DNA of 64,000 bases, taken from contig NC_088853.1 in assembly GCF_963853765.1 (NCBI RefSeq), positions 66,278,001-66,342,000 of the forward strand. Direction: 5' to 3'. Positions 60,101-64,000 of this stretch are shown here, piece by piece. Made by a program: the position numbers and the translations under genes. The stretch's first letter is position 1. Every line of letters begins with the position of its first letter. Under the pieces are notes generated by a model. It saw only the letters and a program-made list of their open reading frames with translations. It had not been told where the DNA came from and did not search any database. This DNA is from Magallana gigas (lineage: Eukaryota).

Positions 60101-62342
60101 GTTAATCTGGGGAAAATATACACGATAGACCATGTCGTAATTTACTTCAGGACCGATAACGTACAGTGGGGTAATGCATATATAATTTATCTCTTTAATG
60201 TACAGTTTTGTTCTTAAAAATTGCACATGAATAATGGCGAAAACGTCATTATAATTAAGCCATTTTGTGTCACCAGAAAATGTGTAGTTGTTTATGCGGT
60301 TTCTTTTAATTATAATAAATTTGGTTTTATCTATTCAAAGAAAAAATAATTCCGATATTATATTACGTTTGTTTGTTATAGGAATAAACAATGGCTATAC
60401 GGCAGTTTTCCTAGGATTTTATTTGTACATTTCGAACACCACCAATCGTCATGACGGAATCCTATGTCACCACGATACAAATTACACAAGAGAAACCATT
60501 CCTGATCACGTGTCTATTGATTGTCCTTGCCATGGACAATACGTCATTTTTTTACAATGAACGTCTGCCCGGAGTTACCTACCCTTCCGGGTATTCAAAC
60601 ATGGCTTATGGTGACCTCTGTGAAGTTGAGGTTTATGGTAAATATTTTTTTTTTTGTGTCAAAAAATGAAGTGTGATTTAAGTGTTGAACATGTCATATT
60701 GTTTTTTTCTTTACCAAGGTTGTCCTAATCCTGTGGTCGAAGTTCCTCAGTGTTCTAAACCGTGTCCATCAAACTGTGAAGAATGTTACCCAGACACGGG
60801 AATATGTATGAAGTGTAAACTTGGTTTTGAAGGCTATGCTTGTGAAAGAGGTAACTATATCTTTGCAATTCAAGATGCAATTACATTTAACCTATATAAA
60901 ATATATTCATTTTATTTGACAAAAGCCATATTCTGTTCAAAGAAAGGCAGTTTAAGGTTATTTGAGGCTATACTTTTAATTTTCATCTCAAGGAACATCA
61001 CGCATTTACTCCTTTATTTTTGTTACAATTAAGAACATGACACTTTCTTTTAGAAGAATTTTTATCTAAAAATAAGTCATGTTTGATAGGACGTTTTGGA
61101 ATCAACATACAACTATCTTATTTCAGCCTGTCAAGCGGTGACCGACGTAAAAGTATCGTTACCAGTTACAATCGCCGGATCAGCATACGAAGCATTGTTT
61201 TCAAGCAAGGGATATTCTTTTCCAGAACATGGACACCACAATATGTCTCTTTTTTTGTCATTATCTGAACAGTCGACAAACCTTGTAAGCGTGTCCTTCA
61301 CAATCCATGGGGCATCGGTAGTCAGTGTGTACTTGTTGGATGGAATAGGCTCTCTAATCAGGATGGTTAGTATTCATAAAATTTGAATATGTGAAAACAA
61401 TCAATCAACATACAATCAACTAAAAGTAAAAAAACAAAGTTGAGAATAACGTAGACATTCTTATGTTAGAATAAAAGATTCAAGGATTTTTTTTTTGATA
61501 TATTTTGACGGGATCTAAGAAAACAAAAATTAACAAATATAAGACAGGAAAAAAAGTGCTATAAGAACCAAAAATGCTGCCTTAAAACATAAAAAAACAA
61601 ATACAAAACGAATATCAACAATTGTTCGATGTATATTTCATCTTTCATTTGGGGCTGAAAAGCATTGATGTAATTCAAATGATACTCTACCTATGTTTAA
61701 AATAATATATGTGATTTAATGTATTAACAAGTCTACGTAAATATGAATTATCTGAGGTGTTTTAATTATCTTTTTTACTTAGTATGTCGACGAGTCTATG
61801 GAATCTGAGGATGTAAATGTCACAGTTGTAAACAACATCATTGCTGAAGTTCATTCTATTATAATAGAAGTTGTGTATTACCATCAACTTGTCATCTCGA
61901 AATTGAGGCTGCCGGAGTGTAAATGCTTCAACTATATCAATAGCACGGTAAGTTTTATAGAATATATTGTAGTTGACATTTTTAATTGCTTTCATTTAAA
62001 AAATATATAATATGAATGAAAATATTTCTTTTTGCAAATGTACTTTCATAGATATTATGAATTTGAGATGACTTACTATATTAACTTCTTTTTTTTTTCT
62101 TTTTTTTTTTCGTTTAGATTTAGTGAGTTTAATTATAAGAATGTATTTAACTTTTCAAGAAGTAGTCAAGTTGTCCTAAGAATGAAATAACAATCATTAA
62201 GTCTCAGTATTATGCATCAAAACTAGGTTAAACAAAAGTGTTAAATAACATATTTCCTACCATTATTTCCTTTCATTTTTCAGACATTTTAACCAGTGGT
62301 GTGCATTTCAGCGAGAAATTATTAACAGAATTGATTTGTTAA
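54046..62342 (+). CDS. Gene C: probably secreted tandem FTP/EGF mosaic protein, SP-FTP1-EGF-FTP2-halfEGF-FTP3-EGF-unrecognised beta-rich domain; apparent +1 frameshift in exon 9
   Basis: Exons 54046-54109, 54604-54816, 55929-56180, 56526-56666, 57481-57705, 57837-58091, 58178-58249, 59943/59949-60170, 60382-60637, 60719-60850, 61127-61365, 61783-61918/61947, 62284-62292/62342. Confidence 0.85.
54604..54816 (+). CDS. Gene C FTP1 N-half exon
   Basis: NLAYKKPTWQ...KAVDGLYT...NQCAVS...TWLVDLETINSISKIVLY; 213 nt. Confidence 0.9.
55590..55723. other. Assembly gap (N run)
   Basis: 134 N. Confidence 0.99.
55929..56180 (+). CDS. Gene C FTP1 C-half exon
   Basis: YASRFLGFSVYVSN...GRYVIFYNTREGNL...SLCEVEVYG; 252 nt. 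Confidence 0.9.
56526..56666 (+). CDS. Gene C EGF exon 1
   Basis: GCPLGFYGGDCLKTCPVNCHHCNYESGKCLGGCRRGFSGHFCNSYER; 141 nt. Confidence 0.9.
57481..57705 (+). CDS. Gene C FTP2 N-half exon
   Basis: NLALHRPTFQ...VDGKKSDLS...QCTST...MWRVDLEKLRRIERIVVYSRTDNRIW; 225 nt. Confidence 0.9.
57837..58091 (+). CDS. Gene C FTP2 C-half exon
   Basis: KRLLGFSIIVSNTTN...GRYVIYYNERLPGVTY...DLCEVEVYG; 255 nt. Confidence 0.9.
58178..58249 (+). CDS. Gene C half-EGF linker exon
   Basis: ttttcag|GCPLVQSRFQDEACRLMCLEMCRK|gtgagt; 72 nt. Confidence 0.75.
59943..60170 (+). CDS. Gene C FTP3 N-half exon (tandem acceptors at 59943 and 59949)
   Basis: NLSYKKRTWQSATY...KAVDGRYT...QCAIS...TWWVNLGKIYTIDHVVIYFRTDNVQW|gtaat. 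Confidence 0.88.
60382..60637 (+). CDS. Gene C FTP3 C-half exon, +1 frameshift in the T7 run at 60547-60553
   Basis: Frame 1 gives FLGFYLYISNTTN...HGQYVIF, then the next frame gives YNERLPGVTYPSGYS...DLCEVEVYG; 256 nt versus 255 in paralogous exons. Confidence 0.85.
60719..60850 (+). CDS. Gene C EGF exon 3
   Basis: GCPNPVVEVPQCSKPCPSNCEECYPDTGICMKCKLGFEGYACER; 132 nt. Confidence 0.88.
61127..61365 (+). CDS. Gene C C-terminal domain exon 1 (unrecognised)
   Basis: tttcag|ACQAVTDVKVSLPVTIAG...LVSVSFTIHGASVVSVYLLDGIGSLIRM|gttagt; phase 1 in, phase 0 out. Confidence 0.7.
61783..61947 (+). CDS. Gene C C-terminal domain exon 2 (unrecognised)
   Basis: cttag|YVDESMESEDVNVTVVNNIIAEVHSIIIEVVYYHQLVISKLRLPEC..; phase 0 in matches the previous donor; possible donors gtaaat (after 61918) or gtaagt (after 61947). 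Confidence 0.65.
62284..62342 (+). CDS. Gene C putative terminal exon
   Basis: tttttcag| gives (Y)ILTSGVHFSEKLLTELIC* in phase 1 or TF* in phase 0. Confidence 0.35.
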
Positions 62343-64000
62343 TTTTGAACAAAATAAAAACTTCAAGTGCATTGGTATTCGGCATATTCTGCTTTCAATT
62401 CAGATTTATTTAGAGTACGGTGTGCTTATAGGCAGATGTAAGGCAAAGTAAACGGCGAGGGCGGGATGACATCGATTTGTATCTCTTTTACAAGGAAAAC
62501 CGAGTGCTCTTACTGACTTGTAATATTTCCTTGTTTAAGGATCACGTTTATATACTCATCAATATAATTTTGAAAAAAAAATCATCCTTACAGAAATTAA
62601 ATGCTTGGGGAAAAAAAATATTTTTTTTTATTTTACTGTTAATATTCTACAATCAATCAACAAATTTTAGAGGAATCAATCACATGCTTAAGAAATTTCG
62701 GAATTTATTTTTCTGAAGTATATTGATATAGAAATAAAATGAGATGCTTTTTTGAGCTACGTTATCGTCTGTCCAAACCAAAATAAAAAATCTAATAAAA
62801 CAAAATAAACATTCATAAAACTAGAGCAGTGCCCATGGCAAATCCACGAGTAGGTCGTCCGTTGTTGGTTGCTGCGAGTTGAAAATACATGTATATGTGA
62901 GATGGTGTCAAACAATTCTGCTTTTGTTATAAAAACGTTTAGTGATTGAAAGCCTGAATAAAAACGTGTTTCGAAAAAGAAAGAAAGAAAATGTTTCGGA
63001 AAAACTATTTGTGAAACACAGTTCGTGTAATAGTTTTAAAAATTCTTTAAACAATGAGATCTTAAATGGCGAGTTAAATTTTGAAAGGGTATCAAGAAAT
63101 TTTATAGACGGTATGTACTCATGATTCATGTCAGGAATTGTATTTTTATTTTAAAACCGGACCCGCCTACAACACACGTAACCTTTTTTATAGGATAACT
63201 TCTGTATTTAATTTTTTCTAAATTTTCAAAGACTATGTGCAAGTTTGAAATTCTTGCGTGCTGTCTAAAACTTAGAAATTAATCAAAATTGATGGCATCT
63301 CTAAACTTTTCTTTTGGAAAGTGTGTGTCGTCAGATATTATTTAATGATACGAGTATATTTGGATATTCAAAATAATAATCAGCTATCAAAGATCAGCGG
63401 GAGAATTTATGCAAAAGTGAGCATCTCCATTTACACCAGATGGTGATGTTTCTTAGAGCCACTATGTAACGTGAAATTAAATAACCTTTTTTACAGAAAT
63501 AAATATAACTTCTCTCAACGATGCAATAATATGCAAAATCCTTATTTAATGTCAGTGGGTTGACTAATTACATTGAATAAAACTTCAATTGCGCTTGCGT
63601 TAATTTGAATTCTGGAAAGGAATTAGAGAGTCCATGTTAGAGATATTCGAAGAAATTTTGAATGAAACTGCTTTCTAGATCAAACTACGCATTGATGTAC
63701 TAAAAGACTGTCAAAGGGTATCGGCTGTAGCCACGGTCCGGAATCTGTATGTGCAGTCATAAATTGTATAGTAAAGTGCAAAAAAATCCGGATTTCAATT
63801 TAAGTCGTTTCATTTTTCAATTTGCAACAATATCATCATTTTGAAACAAAACAATGAATATAGAACCACTGTGTTCAAAATGCATAAAGTTAATAATCAG
63901 TTAGACCCCCGTGTCGCTCTGTACACTGAGCGATGCGTCGTTGCATACTGTCTATCAGATTGTCGATATAGTTTTGATCCAAACCCATCCACATTTCCAT

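Noticed and set aside
62800-64000. Probable additional repeat elements downstream of gene C
   Set aside because: No TIR, TSD or second copy could be verified within the window
1-64000. CRISPR arrays, rRNA, tRNA, prokaryotic operons
   Set aside because: None seen; the tandem repeats lack repeat-spacer structure and the sequence is spliced eukaryotic DNA

Overview
AT-rich, intron-containing eukaryotic DNA, most likely an oyster (Crassostrea/Magallana-like). That assignment is inferred from Helentron/CvA-type elements carrying ~166-bp Cg170-like satellite monomers. The window holds three spliced genes encoding F-type-lectin-like (FTP/fucolectin, galactose-binding fold) plus EGF-like mosaic proteins, reconstructed by hand from GT/AG sites. 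Gene A (minus, ATG 6479) is SP-FTP-EGF-FTP-halfEGF-FTP(first half), with its 3' end unresolved or off-window. Gene B (minus, ATG 30915) is SP-FTP-7xEGF, MEGF10/SCARF/CED-1-like, with no clear transmembrane exon. Gene C (plus, ATG 54046) is SP-FTP-EGF-FTP-halfEGF-FTP-EGF plus an unrecognised beta-rich domain, with a +1 frameshift in a T7 run. A and C are domain-by-domain paralogs in opposite orientation. All FTP and EGF exons are phase 1-1, and every FTP domain is split by an intron in the predicted sugar-binding loop. The intergenic and intronic space is dense in transposons: Helentron-type elements, TA-flanked MITEs, Kolobok-type TTAA MITEs, a Harbinger-like MITE, a 5'-truncated LINE, a ~2.85-kb tandem duplication, and a decayed Gypsy element hit twice by the same 2-bp-TSD DNA transposon, one copy of which carries a further nested element. 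There are two assembly gaps. No rRNA, tRNA or CRISPR was seen.
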